From NCBI GenBank assembly GCA_002304995.1, contig DBPV01000044.1:10072-74071 (forward strand): a stretch of DNA of 64,000 nt, given 5' to 3'. Positions 55,140 to 64,000 of the stretch are shown piece by piece (positions within the stretch are counted from its first letter, which is position 1; the number at the start of each line of letters is the position of its first letter). The translations under genes were made by a program, and so were the position numbers. The stretch is from Syntrophaceae bacterium UBA1411. GTDB lineage: Bacteria; Desulfobacterota; Syntrophia; Syntrophales; Smithellaceae. The notes beneath the pieces are model-generated. The model made no database searches and was not told where the DNA came from. It was given only the letters and a program-made list of their open reading frames with translations.

Positions 55140-56399
55140 ATGAAAAAGATGCGTCTGTTTGCCGGAACGATTTTGGTTTTTTTTCTACTTGTCACAGGAG
55201 CAGGGGCCGCCGGCCCGGACACGGCAGGACCGATTAAAATCGGCCTGATGGGCAATATGTCCGCCCCCTTTTCGCTCAGCGCCAAAGGCGCAGCCACCAT
55301 GGCCGTCGATGAAATCAACAAGGCGGGCGGCATCCAGGGACGCCCGGTCAAGCTGATCGTCGAAGACACCAAGGGCGAAATTCCCAAATGCGTTGAAATC
55401 TACAAAAAACTGGTGATGAACGACCGGGTCCTGGCCGTTTTCATCGCCGAAAAAGTGGAAATGGGCGTGGCCGGCATGGAAATCGGCGCCGAGTTGTTTC
55501 CCGAATACCCGCATGTCTTTTTCTGCACCATCGGCTCCGGAGACGATATCTGGCATCGCGTCCGCGACAACTATAAAAAATACCGCTTCGGTTTTCAGAC
55601 GTACTACGCCATTTCAACCAACTATCTGAAAATTCTGGCCCCCGACAACATCGACTGCTTTAAAAATCAAATCAAAGCCAAAAAAGTCGCCATCGTTTAC
55701 GAAGACATGGAGTGGACCAAACCGTTGCGCAAGGGCATTCCCGGTGTTTCGGATTCCCTGCCGGGCATTTACAGGGCCAAGGGCCTGAATGTCGTTTATG
55801 AAACCACGACGTCTCTCGATCAGAAAATGTTCAATCCCATTTTCGAGGCCATCGCCAAATCCGGGGCCGACCTGATCGACTGCGTCGTCGGATACATCGA
55901 CCAGCCGGCTTTTATCAAGCAGTGGTCGCAGTCCAGCGCCAGAAATATTCCGGTCTTCATCTGGGGCGGACTGGCCGGAATGCCGCCGGCCTGGAAGATG
56001 ACCGAAGGCAAAGTAACCGGCGTCATGGTCGGTTCCTCGCTGGTCCGGGTTCCCATCACGCCTAAAACGATTCCTTTCATGGATAACCTGGTGAAAAATT
56101 ACAAGGTCGGCCCCATCTTCGGGTCCCATACGACCTACGACACGCTTTACGGTTTCAAAAAGGCCATCGAAAAAGCGGGCACAACGGGCAACATTGACCA
56201 GTTGATCAAGCAGCTGGAACAGGTGGAAGAAGTGGCCGTTCTGGGCAGCATCGGCTGGCACCCCCAGTATCACTATAACCTGCCGCCGCCCAAATACATC
56301 ACCCCCATCGTACAGTGGCAAAACGGAGAAATGAAAGTCATCTATCCGCTGAAATACAAGATGGCCGATTACAAATCGCCGCAGGAATTGCGCAAATAG
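55140..56399 (+). CDS. ABC transporter substrate-binding protein, LivJ/Peripla_BP_6 type
   Basis: Signal peptide MKKMRLFAGTILVFFLLVTGAGA, then PIKIGLMGNMSAPFSLSAKGAATMAVDEINKAGGIQGRPV. Confidence 0.85.
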   Translation: MKKMRLFAGTILVFFLLVTGAGAAGPDTAGPIKIGLMGNMSAPFSLSAKGAATMAVDEINKAGGIQGRPVKLIVEDTKGEIPKCVEIYKKLVMNDRVLAVFIAEKVEMGVAGMEIGAELFPEYPHVFFCTIGSGDDIWHRVRDNYKKYRFGFQTYYAISTNYLKILAPDNIDCFKNQIKAKKVAIVYEDMEWTKPLRKGIPGVSDSLPGIYRAKGLNVVYETTTSLDQKMFNPIFEAIAKSGADLIDCVVGYIDQPAFIKQWSQSSARNIPVFIWGGLAGMPPAWKMTEGKVTGVMVGSSLVRVPITPKTIPFMDNLVKNYKVGPIFGSHTTYDTLYGFKKAIEKAGTTGNIDQLIKQLEQVEEVAVLGSIGWHPQYHYNLPPPKYITPIVQWQNGEMKVIYPLKYKMADYKSPQELRK

Positions 56400-56407
56400 C
56401 CGGCCGG

Positions 56408-56438
56408 GGGAATCCGTGCCTGTCCGGCGCGGATTCCC
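56408..56438 (+). other. 9-bp stem-loop between the binding-protein and permease genes
   Basis: GGGAATCCG, a 13-nt loop, CGGATTCCC, then TCTTTG. Possible partial terminator or mRNA stabiliser setting the binding-protein to permease ratio. Confidence 0.45.
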
Positions 56439-56532
56439 TCTTTGCGCCAAAGCCGGTTCCAGACGAAAAACAAGCAACGGTTAGGATTCGGATATCCTCT
56501 GAATCCGCTTCAAAAAAGGGAGAGCAGACCCT

Positions 56533-57408
56533 ATGAGTGATACCCTGCTGCAAATCGTCATTTACACCGTGATCTGGGGTTCGATTTACCTTTTAATCGC
56601 CCTCGGGTTTTCGCTGATCTGCGGTGTCCTCCGGATTTTTCACCTCGGGTACGGAGTCGTCTTTGTTCTGGCCGCTTACCTGACCTGGGCTTTCATGGAG
56701 GAAGCGCACCTGGGACTGGTGCCCAGCATTTTGCTCATGATAGTGGTCCAGTGCGCCTTTGCGCTGATTGTTTTTTACAAAGGCGTCTTTCAGCGTTACA
56801 TGGAGGAGGAAGAGATTCTGCTGACCGTTTCGATTCTTGTGTTCCTCGCCGTCGCCCACCTGGCCAATTACCTTTTCCCGGTGACGGCCGGCGTCAGCAT
56901 TCCTTCCACCATCATTGACGACGTCGTCACCATCGGCGGCGTCACCATCGCCTGGCAGATGATTATCGCCGCCCTGGCGGGTATTCTGGTCACGACCGCC
57001 TACGTCGTCTGGTTTATGAAAACCCGCATCGGCCTGATTGTCCGGGCCATCAGCCAGAATCTGCCGGCGGCTCTGCTCATGGGCGCCAACGTCAACCGGA
57101 TGTACTACCTGGCCATGATCCTCTCGGTGATCCCCCCGACCATCTGCCTGGTCGTCATCGCGCCCTTCTGGGGGATCGATCCGTTCATGGGCGCGCCCCT
57201 GCTGATGACGGCCATGCTGATTTCCATTCTCGGGGGCCTGGGCAATTTAAAAGGCAGTATCGTTGCCTCCTATCTGATTGGCTTCATTCACGCCTCGGTC
57301 AGTTTTATCTTTGTCCCCCGCTTCATGGGATTTGCAGCTCTGATTGTCACCCTGATCGTCATGATTTATCGGCGCGGAGGGATTTTTGCGGGAGAAACGC
57401 TATGGTAA
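56533..57408 (+). CDS. livH: branched-chain-amino-acid-type ABC permease (LivH family)
   Basis: Multi-TM protein. GSIYLLIALGFSLICGVLRIFHLGYG is typical of LivH. SD GGGAGAG. Confidence 0.85.
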   Translation: MSDTLLQIVIYTVIWGSIYLLIALGFSLICGVLRIFHLGYGVVFVLAAYLTWAFMEEAHLGLVPSILLMIVVQCAFALIVFYKGVFQRYMEEEEILLTVSILVFLAVAHLANYLFPVTAGVSIPSTIIDDVVTIGGVTIAWQMIIAALAGILVTTAYVVWFMKTRIGLIVRAISQNLPAALLMGANVNRMYYLAMILSVIPPTICLVVIAPFWGIDPFMGAPLLMTAMLISILGGLGNLKGSIVASYLIGFIHASVSFIFVPRFMGFAALIVTLIVMIYRRGGIFAGETLW

Positions 57409-58445
57409 ATTTTGAATTACGCCGTGATCGCATCGTCGCCCGCTGGCGGGACAAAAAAACGGAATGGGTCATCGAACCGCGCTACTGGAGAAACCCGACC
57501 ATCGGCATCGGTATCCTGTTTCTTCTGCCCTTTTTCGTTTACAGCTATCCGCATATCCTGACCATGATCACCACGGCCAATCTCTACGCGGCCATTGCCA
57601 TTCCGCTGGCTTTGCAGATGCTGGGAACCGGACGGGTCAATTTCGGTCCGCAGCTCTACCTGGGTATCGGAGGCTACACAGCGGCGCTCCTGAATCTCCA
57701 TTTCGGCTGGAATCCGGCCATGACGCTTCTGGCAACGATTGTCGTTTGCGCCGGAATCGCATTGCTTTTAAGCCCCACCACCTGGATTGCCAAGGGCCTT
57801 TACTTTTCGCTGATCACACTGATTCTGCCGCTCACTTTTCTCGACGTCACTTACATCTGGGGCGATATCTTCCGCGGAGAAGTGGGTCTCGTGGGAATGA
57901 GCCCCCTGTTGTCGTTTGATAAAGTCACCTGGAACTATGTGGCTTATTACTACCTGTCGCTCATTTTGATGCTGCTCTACCTTTTGTTTTGCGACCGGAC
58001 GGTAAGGTCCCGGATCGGCATCAGCATGGCGGCGGTGAATGAAAACGAGAATGTCGCCCGCATGATGGGCATTCGGGTCGACGCCTACAAGGTATTCTTT
58101 TATGTGGCGCCGTCCATTTTAACCGGGATTGTCGGCTGGTTTATCGTGCACACGTTCCGCACGTTTGCCGGCGTCACCTATCTTCCGCTCGAGTTCATGA
58201 CGAAAATCCTGATTATCGTGATCGTCGGCGGAAGGGCCTTTCTCTACGGCGCCATTCCGGGCGCCTATCTGATCTCCATTGTCGAAGATTCCTTAAGAGC
58301 TCTGGGGCCGGTAAACTATTTCGTCTTCCCGCTGGTTTTGATTGCCCTGATCGTCTTTCTTCCCCGCGGAGAGGGACTGTGGGGCCTGTATAAAAAAAGA
58401 CGCCCCCGCGATTATTTCCCCAAATTGCATGTGAGGAGAGAATAG
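57402..58445 (+). CDS. livM: branched-chain-amino-acid-type ABC permease (LivM family)
   Basis: Multi-TM protein. GRVNFGPQLYLGIGGYTAALL and AVNENENVARMMGI motifs. Overlaps livH by 7 nt. Confidence 0.85.
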   Translation: MVNFELRRDRIVARWRDKKTEWVIEPRYWRNPTIGIGILFLLPFFVYSYPHILTMITTANLYAAIAIPLALQMLGTGRVNFGPQLYLGIGGYTAALLNLHFGWNPAMTLLATIVVCAGIALLLSPTTWIAKGLYFSLITLILPLTFLDVTYIWGDIFRGEVGLVGMSPLLSFDKVTWNYVAYYYLSLILMLLYLLFCDRTVRSRIGISMAAVNENENVARMMGIRVDAYKVFFYVAPSILTGIVGWFIVHTFRTFAGVTYLPLEFMTKILIIVIVGGRAFLYGAIPGAYLISIVEDSLRALGPVNYFVFPLVLIALIVFLPRGEGLWGLYKKRRPRDYFPKLHVRRE

Positions 58446-58449
58446 TCCC

Positions 58450-59184
58450 ATGCTGGAAATATCATCCGTATCTAAAAATTTCGGCGGCCTGGCCGCCGTA
58501 AGCGACGTCAGCTTTTCCGTTAAAGAAGGAGAAGTGGTGGGACTTATCGGCCCCAACGGCGCGGGCAAAACAACCCTGCTGAATCTGATTTGCGGCATCT
58601 ACAAGCCCGACCGCGGTTCCATTCGTTTTGACGGAACGGACATCACGGGCCTGGCCAGCAACAAAATCTGCAAGCTGGGCATCTCCCGGACGTACCAGAT
58701 CCCGCAGCCCTTTGAATCCATGACCGCCCTTGCCGGCGTTCTGGTCGGCGTGCTCAACGGCAAGAAACGCTCCCACATGAGTCTTCCCGACGCGGCCCTG
58801 GAAGCCTCCTACTATCTGGAGTTTGTAGGACTCTTTTCCAAGCGCGACACGCTGGCACGCGACCTGAATCTTTACGAACTGCGCATGCTGGAGCTCGCCC
58901 GGGCGCTGGCGACAACGCCGAAGCTGCTGCTCCTCGACGAGGTGATGGCGGGATTGAATCCCACGGAGGCCTCCCGGGCGCTGGATATGATCTGGAGCGC
59001 GCAGGACCAGTTTGCCATTACCATTTTGTGGATCGAGCACGTCATGAAGATCATCATGAATGCGACACAGCGGGTGGTCGTTTTGCAGTACGGAAAAAAG
59101 ATCGCCGAAGGGCCTCCGCGCGAAGTCACAGCAGACCCCAAAATCATCGAAGCTTATCTGGGAGCGAGATATGCTCAACATTAA
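58450..59184 (+). CDS. livG: ABC transporter ATP-binding protein (LivG family)
   Basis: GPNGAGKTT, Q-loop RTYQ, LLLDEVMAGL, and a C-terminal EAYLG tail. Confidence 0.9.
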   Translation: MLEISSVSKNFGGLAAVSDVSFSVKEGEVVGLIGPNGAGKTTLLNLICGIYKPDRGSIRFDGTDITGLASNKICKLGISRTYQIPQPFESMTALAGVLVGVLNGKKRSHMSLPDAALEASYYLEFVGLFSKRDTLARDLNLYELRMLELARALATTPKLLLLDEVMAGLNPTEASRALDMIWSAQDQFAITILWIEHVMKIIMNATQRVVVLQYGKKIAEGPPREVTADPKIIEAYLGARYAQH

Positions 59185-59875
59185 AGATTTAAAAGCCGCG
59201 TACGGCGTCATCCCCGTCCTCCACGGTGTCACTCTGGACATCCGCGAAGGAGAACTGGTTGCGCTTCTGGGGGCCAACGGCGCGGGAAAAACCACCCTGC
59301 TCAACAGCATCTCCGGTGTTCTGCCCGCCAAATCGGGAACCATTTCCTTCCGGGGCGAATCCATCGGGCATCTGTCTTCCGATCAGATTGTCCACCTGGG
59401 CATTTCCCAGATTCCGGAGGGCAGAAAGATTTTTCCCTACCTGAGCGTCAAGGAAAACCTGCTGATGGGAGCCTCGACCAGGAAAGCCTGGAAAAATCGA
59501 AAACAAATGATGGAAAAAGTCTGCGCCCTGTTTCCCATCCTGAAGGAGCGCTCCGAACAGCGGGCCAGTCTGATGAGCGGCGGCGAACAGCAGATGCTGG
59601 TCATCGCCCGCGGACTCATGGCGCAGCCCAAACTGCTCATGATCGACGAACCGTCGCTGGGCTTAAGCCCGCTCATCATGTCGCAGATCTACGATGTCAT
59701 CAAAACCTTCCCCGCCGACGGCATTACCGTTTTGCTCTCCGAACAGAATGCCCTCTACGCCCTGGAAATCGCGAGCCGGGGCTATGTCCTGCAGGACGGC
59801 CACGTAGTGCTCGAAGGAAGCAGCGAATTTCTGCTGAACAGTGAACTGGTGAAGAAAGCTTACATAGGAATGTGA
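59171..59875 (+). CDS. livF: ABC transporter ATP-binding protein (LivF family)
   Basis: ATG at 59171 (MLNIKDLKAAYG). GANGAGKTT, MSGGEQQML, LMIDEPSLGLSP. Overlaps livG by 14 nt. Confidence 0.9.
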   Translation: MLNIKDLKAAYGVIPVLHGVTLDIREGELVALLGANGAGKTTLLNSISGVLPAKSGTISFRGESIGHLSSDQIVHLGISQIPEGRKIFPYLSVKENLLMGASTRKAWKNRKQMMEKVCALFPILKERSEQRASLMSGGEQQMLVIARGLMAQPKLLMIDEPSLGLSPLIMSQIYDVIKTFPADGITVLLSEQNALYALEIASRGYVLQDGHVVLEGSSEFLLNSELVKKAYIGM

Positions 59876-61236
59876 CCATGACCGAAGACTATTTTGAGTT
59901 TACGAAAAAGCTTTTTGCTCCGGAGGACATCGCCCGGAAAAAGGAGGCTCTCTCGGGGCTGCGCGTTCTGGATTTGTCGCACATGATTTTCGGCCCGACC
60001 ACGGCAAAAGTGCTGGGTCAGTTCGGCGCCGACGTCATCAAGGTGGAAGTCCCGTATCAGGGCGACTACTGGCGCGGTGGAACTTACTGGGGCAAGTATT
60101 GGAAGCATTCCAATCCGCTGTGGCACTTTATCAATCCCGGCAAATATTTCGTCGGCATCGACGTCAAAAAACCCAAGGGCAAGGATCTGATCCTCAGGCT
60201 TGCTGAAAAAGCGGATGTGGTCATTGAGAATTTCACCTCCGGGACCGTGGAGGCCTGGGGCATCGGCTATTCCCAGGTGAGTCGGATCAATCCGAAAGTC
60301 GTATACGCCAGCCTCAGCACCTACGGACAGTTCGGGCCTTACCGGTATTTTCCGGGCTGGGACCTCCTGGCGCAGGGCGCCAGCGGCGTTCTGGCGGCGA
60401 CCGGTCATCCCGGTACGGACAAGTATTTCAAGGTTCCCGACTTTTTCGGCGATTTCTTTCCCGGCTATTTCGCGGCCATGCTCATCCTGATCGCGCTCAA
60501 CTACCGGGAGCGCACGGGTGAAGGTCAGTACATCGACGGCTGCCAGGCGGAAATCCTGATGCGGTCGCTTTTCCACTTCACCTATGCCGACGCCATGGGA
60601 AAGGACCTGGAACGCACCGGCAATGCGGACCCGAATTGCTCTCCTTCGGGAATTTTCAAAACGCGGGACGGAAAGTTTCTGGCGCTCGGCATTGCCACCG
60701 ACAAACAGTTTCAGGCCCTGTGCAAGGCGATGAATCGCGACGACCTGGCCCGTGACGAAAGATATCAAAAAGCCGCCCGCCGGCTCCAGGCGGACTCTGC
60801 CGAGGCCTTAGGCAAAGCGGTTGAATCCTGGATCAAAGAAAAAGATGCGGACGAAATTGTCGCCCTCGGCCGCAGGCACCGCTTTGCCGCGGCGGAAGTT
60901 CTGGACGACGTCCAAATTGCGAACGATCCGTGGCGCAGGGAACGGGGCAGCGTCATCGATTACAACGACGACATGTACAGGAAACTGGTCATTGAAGGAC
61001 CGATCGCCATGCTGAGCCAAACGCCGGGCCGGACAAAATGGCTCACCCGGCCGCTGGGCTATCACAACCGCTACGTGTTCAAAAAAATTCTGGGGCTTTC
61101 CGAAGCCGAAATCAAAGCACTTGAAAAAGAACGGGTTGTGGGCAACTGGGATTACCGGGTCGGGCAGAGACCGCCCATTTACCACGACATCGCCAAAGAC
61201 AAGATATTCAACTACGAAGGGGGTGAGGACCATTAA
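59872..61236 (+). CDS. family III (CaiB/BaiF) CoA-transferase, subunit/paralog 1
   Basis: GLRVLDLSHMIFGPTTAKVLGQFGADVIKVE and the catalytic-Asp region GWDLLAQGASG. Start is GTG 59872 (overlaps the livF stop) or ATG 59878. Confidence 0.85.
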   Translation: MTMTEDYFEFTKKLFAPEDIARKKEALSGLRVLDLSHMIFGPTTAKVLGQFGADVIKVEVPYQGDYWRGGTYWGKYWKHSNPLWHFINPGKYFVGIDVKKPKGKDLILRLAEKADVVIENFTSGTVEAWGIGYSQVSRINPKVVYASLSTYGQFGPYRYFPGWDLLAQGASGVLAATGHPGTDKYFKVPDFFGDFFPGYFAAMLILIALNYRERTGEGQYIDGCQAEILMRSLFHFTYADAMGKDLERTGNADPNCSPSGIFKTRDGKFLALGIATDKQFQALCKAMNRDDLARDERYQKAARRLQADSAEALGKAVESWIKEKDADEIVALGRRHRFAAAEVLDDVQIANDPWRRERGSVIDYNDDMYRKLVIEGPIAMLSQTPGRTKWLTRPLGYHNRYVFKKILGLSEAEIKALEKERVVGNWDYRVGQRPPIYHDIAKDKIFNYEGGEDH

Positions 61237-62578
61237 AGAGCGCGTCTATTCCAGATACCTGCAGAAAAAGGGAGCGTCGAAGCCTCTTTCCGAGTGGAGC
61301 CAGTTTCTTTCCAAGATGATGGCCGTCGAGGGAAAACCGGAGGCCCTGGACGACATGATGGTTCTCGATTTGAGCTACGCCAATTTTTCCGGAAATGTCA
61401 CCGCCAGCTTTTTCGCCGAAGCCGGCGCCGAGGTCATCAAGGTTGAGCCTCCCGAAGGAGATCCGTCGCGCATTCTGAGCCCCTACGGCGCCAACATCCA
61501 GGGCGTGGGCGTCCCCTATCTGATGGAGAGCCGCAACAAACGGCACATCACCCTGGACCTCGCCGGCGCCGAAGGGCGCGAAAACCTCAAGCGTCTTGCC
61601 AAACAGGCGGATATCCTCATCGAAACGTTTGCTCCCGGCGAAATGGACGAATGGGGCATCGGCTATCGGCAGCTCCGGGAGTTCAATCCCGGCCTGATCT
61701 ACATCGCCATCACGCCCTACGGCCATTACACGGCCAGGGGACAGGAAGCGGCGCATACGCCCTGGACGGACCTGACCAGCCAGGCCGAATCGGGTCTTGC
61801 CGCTCTCATCGGCGACCTCCCCTCTGCACCGGAGCCCTACAACTGGCCGACGCGCGCCGGTTTTTACGCCGCCGGCTATACGTCCGCCGTCGGAGCGGCC
61901 TGCGGCGGCTTGATTGCATCGCTTTTCAAACGCCGCACGGGCGAAGGGCAGATGATCGACATCGCCGCAGCCGACGCCTTTGCGTCCTGCGTCGGATTTC
62001 CGCCGACCATCGGCTATGTCTGGAAGAAGCCGCGCATTCGGTACGGGACCCTGGACTACGGTCTTTGCCCCTACGGATTTTTCAAATGCAAGGACGGTTA
62101 CGTGGCGATTGCCTGCTTCCGGGATCAGGATTTCCGGGCCGCCCTGAAACTTTTAGGCAAATGGAAAATCGAGGAGGACTGGAAAACGCTTCTGGACCGC
62201 ATCACGGACGATATCGATAAAGTTCTCGAACTCAACGGGATCGTGGAAAAAGCCGTGGCCGATCTGACTTACGGCGAGATCAACGAAAAATTTTCCACGT
62301 ACAGCGTGAAAGCGGCCCGCTCCAAATGGCGCGGCGGAGGGCTTCCCGTGACCACCAAAATGCTCACCGCAAAAGATGTTCTGCAAGATAAACACTGGCA
62401 GGTCCGCGGCACCTTCAATAAAATAGAACATCCGGCATACGGCGTGGTCACACTGCCCATCACGGGGAAGATGTCCCGAACGCCCCTGCGCATCAAGTGG
62501 ATTTCCGCCGGCATCGGCGAGGACAACGACTATATTTTCAAGAAATATGGCTTAAGCGCAAAATCGGACAGTGCATAA
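61223..62578 (+). CDS. family III (CaiB/BaiF) CoA-transferase, subunit/paralog 2
   Basis: MMVLDLSYANFSGNVTASFFAEAGAEVIKVE and the Asp region WTDLTSQAESG. Start uncertain: GTG 61223 (14-nt overlap) or ATG 61316. The track start at 61121 is unlikely. Confidence 0.8.
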   Translation: MRTIKERVYSRYLQKKGASKPLSEWSQFLSKMMAVEGKPEALDDMMVLDLSYANFSGNVTASFFAEAGAEVIKVEPPEGDPSRILSPYGANIQGVGVPYLMESRNKRHITLDLAGAEGRENLKRLAKQADILIETFAPGEMDEWGIGYRQLREFNPGLIYIAITPYGHYTARGQEAAHTPWTDLTSQAESGLAALIGDLPSAPEPYNWPTRAGFYAAGYTSAVGAACGGLIASLFKRRTGEGQMIDIAAADAFASCVGFPPTIGYVWKKPRIRYGTLDYGLCPYGFFKCKDGYVAIACFRDQDFRAALKLLGKWKIEEDWKTLLDRITDDIDKVLELNGIVEKAVADLTYGEINEKFSTYSVKAARSKWRGGGLPVTTKMLTAKDVLQDKHWQVRGTFNKIEHPAYGVVTLPITGKMSRTPLRIKWISAGIGEDNDYIFKKYGLSAKSDSA

Positions 62579-62822
62579 ACTCTTGGCGCTTTTCCCGCCG
62601 GCTCGCCGCACCGCGGCCTGCCGTGTCTGTCGATTTTTCGACCGGCCGTTTCGCCGCTGCCCGCCACGAAAATGCTTTCCGGGAAAAACGATGGAAATAA
62701 ACCGCGAAAAATTATAGCATCCGCGTCCGGCCGGGCGCCTGCGCGCACAAAAAAGCCGGACGGCGGCTCCACCGCGCCGGCACGACCGTCATTTTGAATA
62801 ACCCTAGAGGAGTGCACAACGT

Positions 62823-64000
62823 ATGAATCGAGATCAGAACAAAGACCGGACGGCAAATCCTGCCGGCGGCGAAACAAAACCGATCCGGCCGGAGCTGGCC
62901 GAACTGATCAAACGACTTGCGTTTGGTCTGGACGAAAACCGCCCCGATGTCGTGGAAAAGAGAAAACAGAAAAACCAGCGCACGGCCCGCGCCAACGTCA
63001 ACGATTTGTGCGACCCGGGCAGCTTCATCGAATACGGCGCGCTGGCCATCGCCGCGCAGCGCGGCCGGCGGCCGCTCGACGACCTGATCGCGAAAACACC
63101 GACCGACGGCATGATCGCAGGCGTCGGATCCGTGAACGGCAATCGTTTCGGAGAAGACAAGGCGCGATGCATGGTGCTCGCCTATGACTACACGGTGCTC
63201 GCCGGCACGCAGGGCTACTTCAACCATAAGAAAAAGGACCGCATGCTGAAACTCTGCTACGACCAGAAACTTCCGCTCGTCTTCTTCGGCGAAGGCGGCG
63301 GCGGGCGGCCGGGCGACGTCGACGCCGAAGGCGTCATGGTGGCCGGCCTGGATCTGACGACGTTCGGTCTGTTCGCACGGCTGAGCGGATACGTGCCCGT
63401 GGTCGGCATCGTGTCGGGATTCTGCTTCGCCGGCAACGCCGCGCTTCTGGGCTGCTGCGACGTGATCATCGCCACGACCGACTCCAGCATCGGCATGGGC
63501 GGCCCGGTCATGATCGAAGGCGGCGGCCTGGGCGTCTTCAGGCCGGAAGACGTCGGCCCCATGGACGTACAGACGCAAAACGGCGTCGTGGATATCGAGG
63601 TCGCCGACGACGCCGAGGCGGTTGCCGTGGCCAAAAAATATCTTTCCTATTTCCAGGGGCCGCTGCCGGCGTGGGAAGCGGGCGATCCGCTGAAGCTGCG
63701 CGACGCCATTCCCGAAAGCCGCAAGCGCGCCTACAACGTGCGCAACGTCATTAAAGCGCTCGCCGACAAGGACTCCTTCCTGGAGCTCCGTCCCAAGTTC
63801 GGCCCCGGCATGGTGACGGGCTTTCTCCGCATCGAGGGGCGCCCCTTCGGTCTCATCGCCAACAATCCCATGCACATGGCCGGCGCCATCGAAGCCGAAG
63901 GCGCGGACAAGGCCGCGCGCCTGATGATGATCTGCAACGCCCACGGCATCCCGATTCTGTCCCTGTGCGACACGCCCGGCTTTATGGTCGGTCCCGAAAT
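62823..64000 (+). CDS. acyl-CoA carboxylase/decarboxylase carboxyltransferase subunit (3' end outside the window)
   Basis: Not in the ORF track because there is no stop inside the window. ATG at 62823 follows AGAGGAG. Translation contains LAYDYTVLAGTQG, FGEGGGGRPGD, IVSGFCFAGNA, and ends at the window edge in LCDTPGFMVGPE, the carboxyltransferase signature. Confidence 0.9.
   Translation, partial: MNRDQNKDRTANPAGGETKPIRPELAELIKRLAFGLDENRPDVVEKRKQKNQRTARANVNDLCDPGSFIEYGALAIAAQRGRRPLDDLIAKTPTDGMIAGVGSVNGNRFGEDKARCMVLAYDYTVLAGTQGYFNHKKKDRMLKLCYDQKLPLVFFGEGGGGRPGDVDAEGVMVAGLDLTTFGLFARLSGYVPVVGIVSGFCFAGNAALLGCCDVIIATTDSSIGMGGPVMIEGGGLGVFRPEDVGPMDVQTQNGVVDIEVADDAEAVAVAKKYLSYFQGPLPAWEAGDPLKLRDAIPESRKRAYNVRNVIKALADKDSFLELRPKFGPGMVTGFLRIEGRPFGLIANNPMHMAGAIEAEGADKAARLMMICNAHGIPILSLCDTPGFMVGPE

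Noticed and set aside
62712-63944. 410-aa minus-strand ORF, the only track ORF covering the last 1.3 kb.
   Set aside because: Its translation is low-complexity, Arg/Ala/Gly-rich antisense. The plus strand carries an open frame from ATG 62823 to the window edge with unmistakable carboxyltransferase motifs (FGEGGGGRPGD, DTPGFMVGPE). The track omits that frame only because it has no stop inside the window.
1-64000. Mobile elements, prophage, integrases, toxin-antitoxin pairs, retrons, restriction-modification or other defence islands, tRNA and rRNA genes.
   Set aside because: No transposase, integrase, reverse transcriptase or nuclease-type translations were recognised, and no terminal inverted repeats or tRNA-like sequences. 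The two SAM methyltransferases look like small-molecule or protein class I enzymes without partner nucleases.

Overview
This is a 64-kb, densely coding, high-GC chromosomal segment. A hand count of one core-gene stretch gives about 63% G+C. Gene content suggests an anaerobic Desulfobacterota/deltaproteobacterial-type organism, but that is inference only. The supporting genes are short anaerobic-type ThiC, minimal SufBC, DUF4390-NtrY-NtrX, sigma-54 activators and many family III CoA-transferases.

I call about 65 protein genes, and most are housekeeping:
- thiamine: thiN-thiD-thiC behind a clear TPP riboswitch with its own terminator
- queuosine: queC, queE, queD
- ruvCAB plus yebC
- priA and dksA
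- fmt and rsmB
- purC, dnaJ, lpxC, hisF, cca, rsfS, comF, rfaE2
- SufBC

I found no rRNA, tRNA, CRISPR array, integrase, transposase or other mobile element.

Many long track ORFs are antisense shadows typical of high-GC DNA. Several real genes start well inside their track ORF, and corrected starts are given with SD evidence. One real gene is missing from the track because it runs off the 3' edge: a carboxyltransferase at 62823..>64000.

No self-evident novel system such as a defence island is present. The best second-look candidates are:
1. A low-GC, self-contained two-gene operon of paralogous 150-aa proteins with no output domain (28.2-29.3 kb).
2. A secreted beta-helix repeat protein split by a single in-frame TGA and ending in a CFIATAA-type C-terminal module (14.1-15.8 kb).
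3. A TetR-associated uptake and acyl-CoA-processing island (49.7-64 kb). It holds two LivJ-type binding proteins, LivHMGF, three family III CoA-transferase/racemase-like genes, an SDR, a carboxyltransferase and an odd GMP-synthase-B-like PP-loop ATPase.
4. A heptanucleotide tandem repeat abutting the suf promoter.
5. A stand-alone TPR-CHAT putative lipoprotein.

All functional calls rest on motifs read in the translations. No database search was run.
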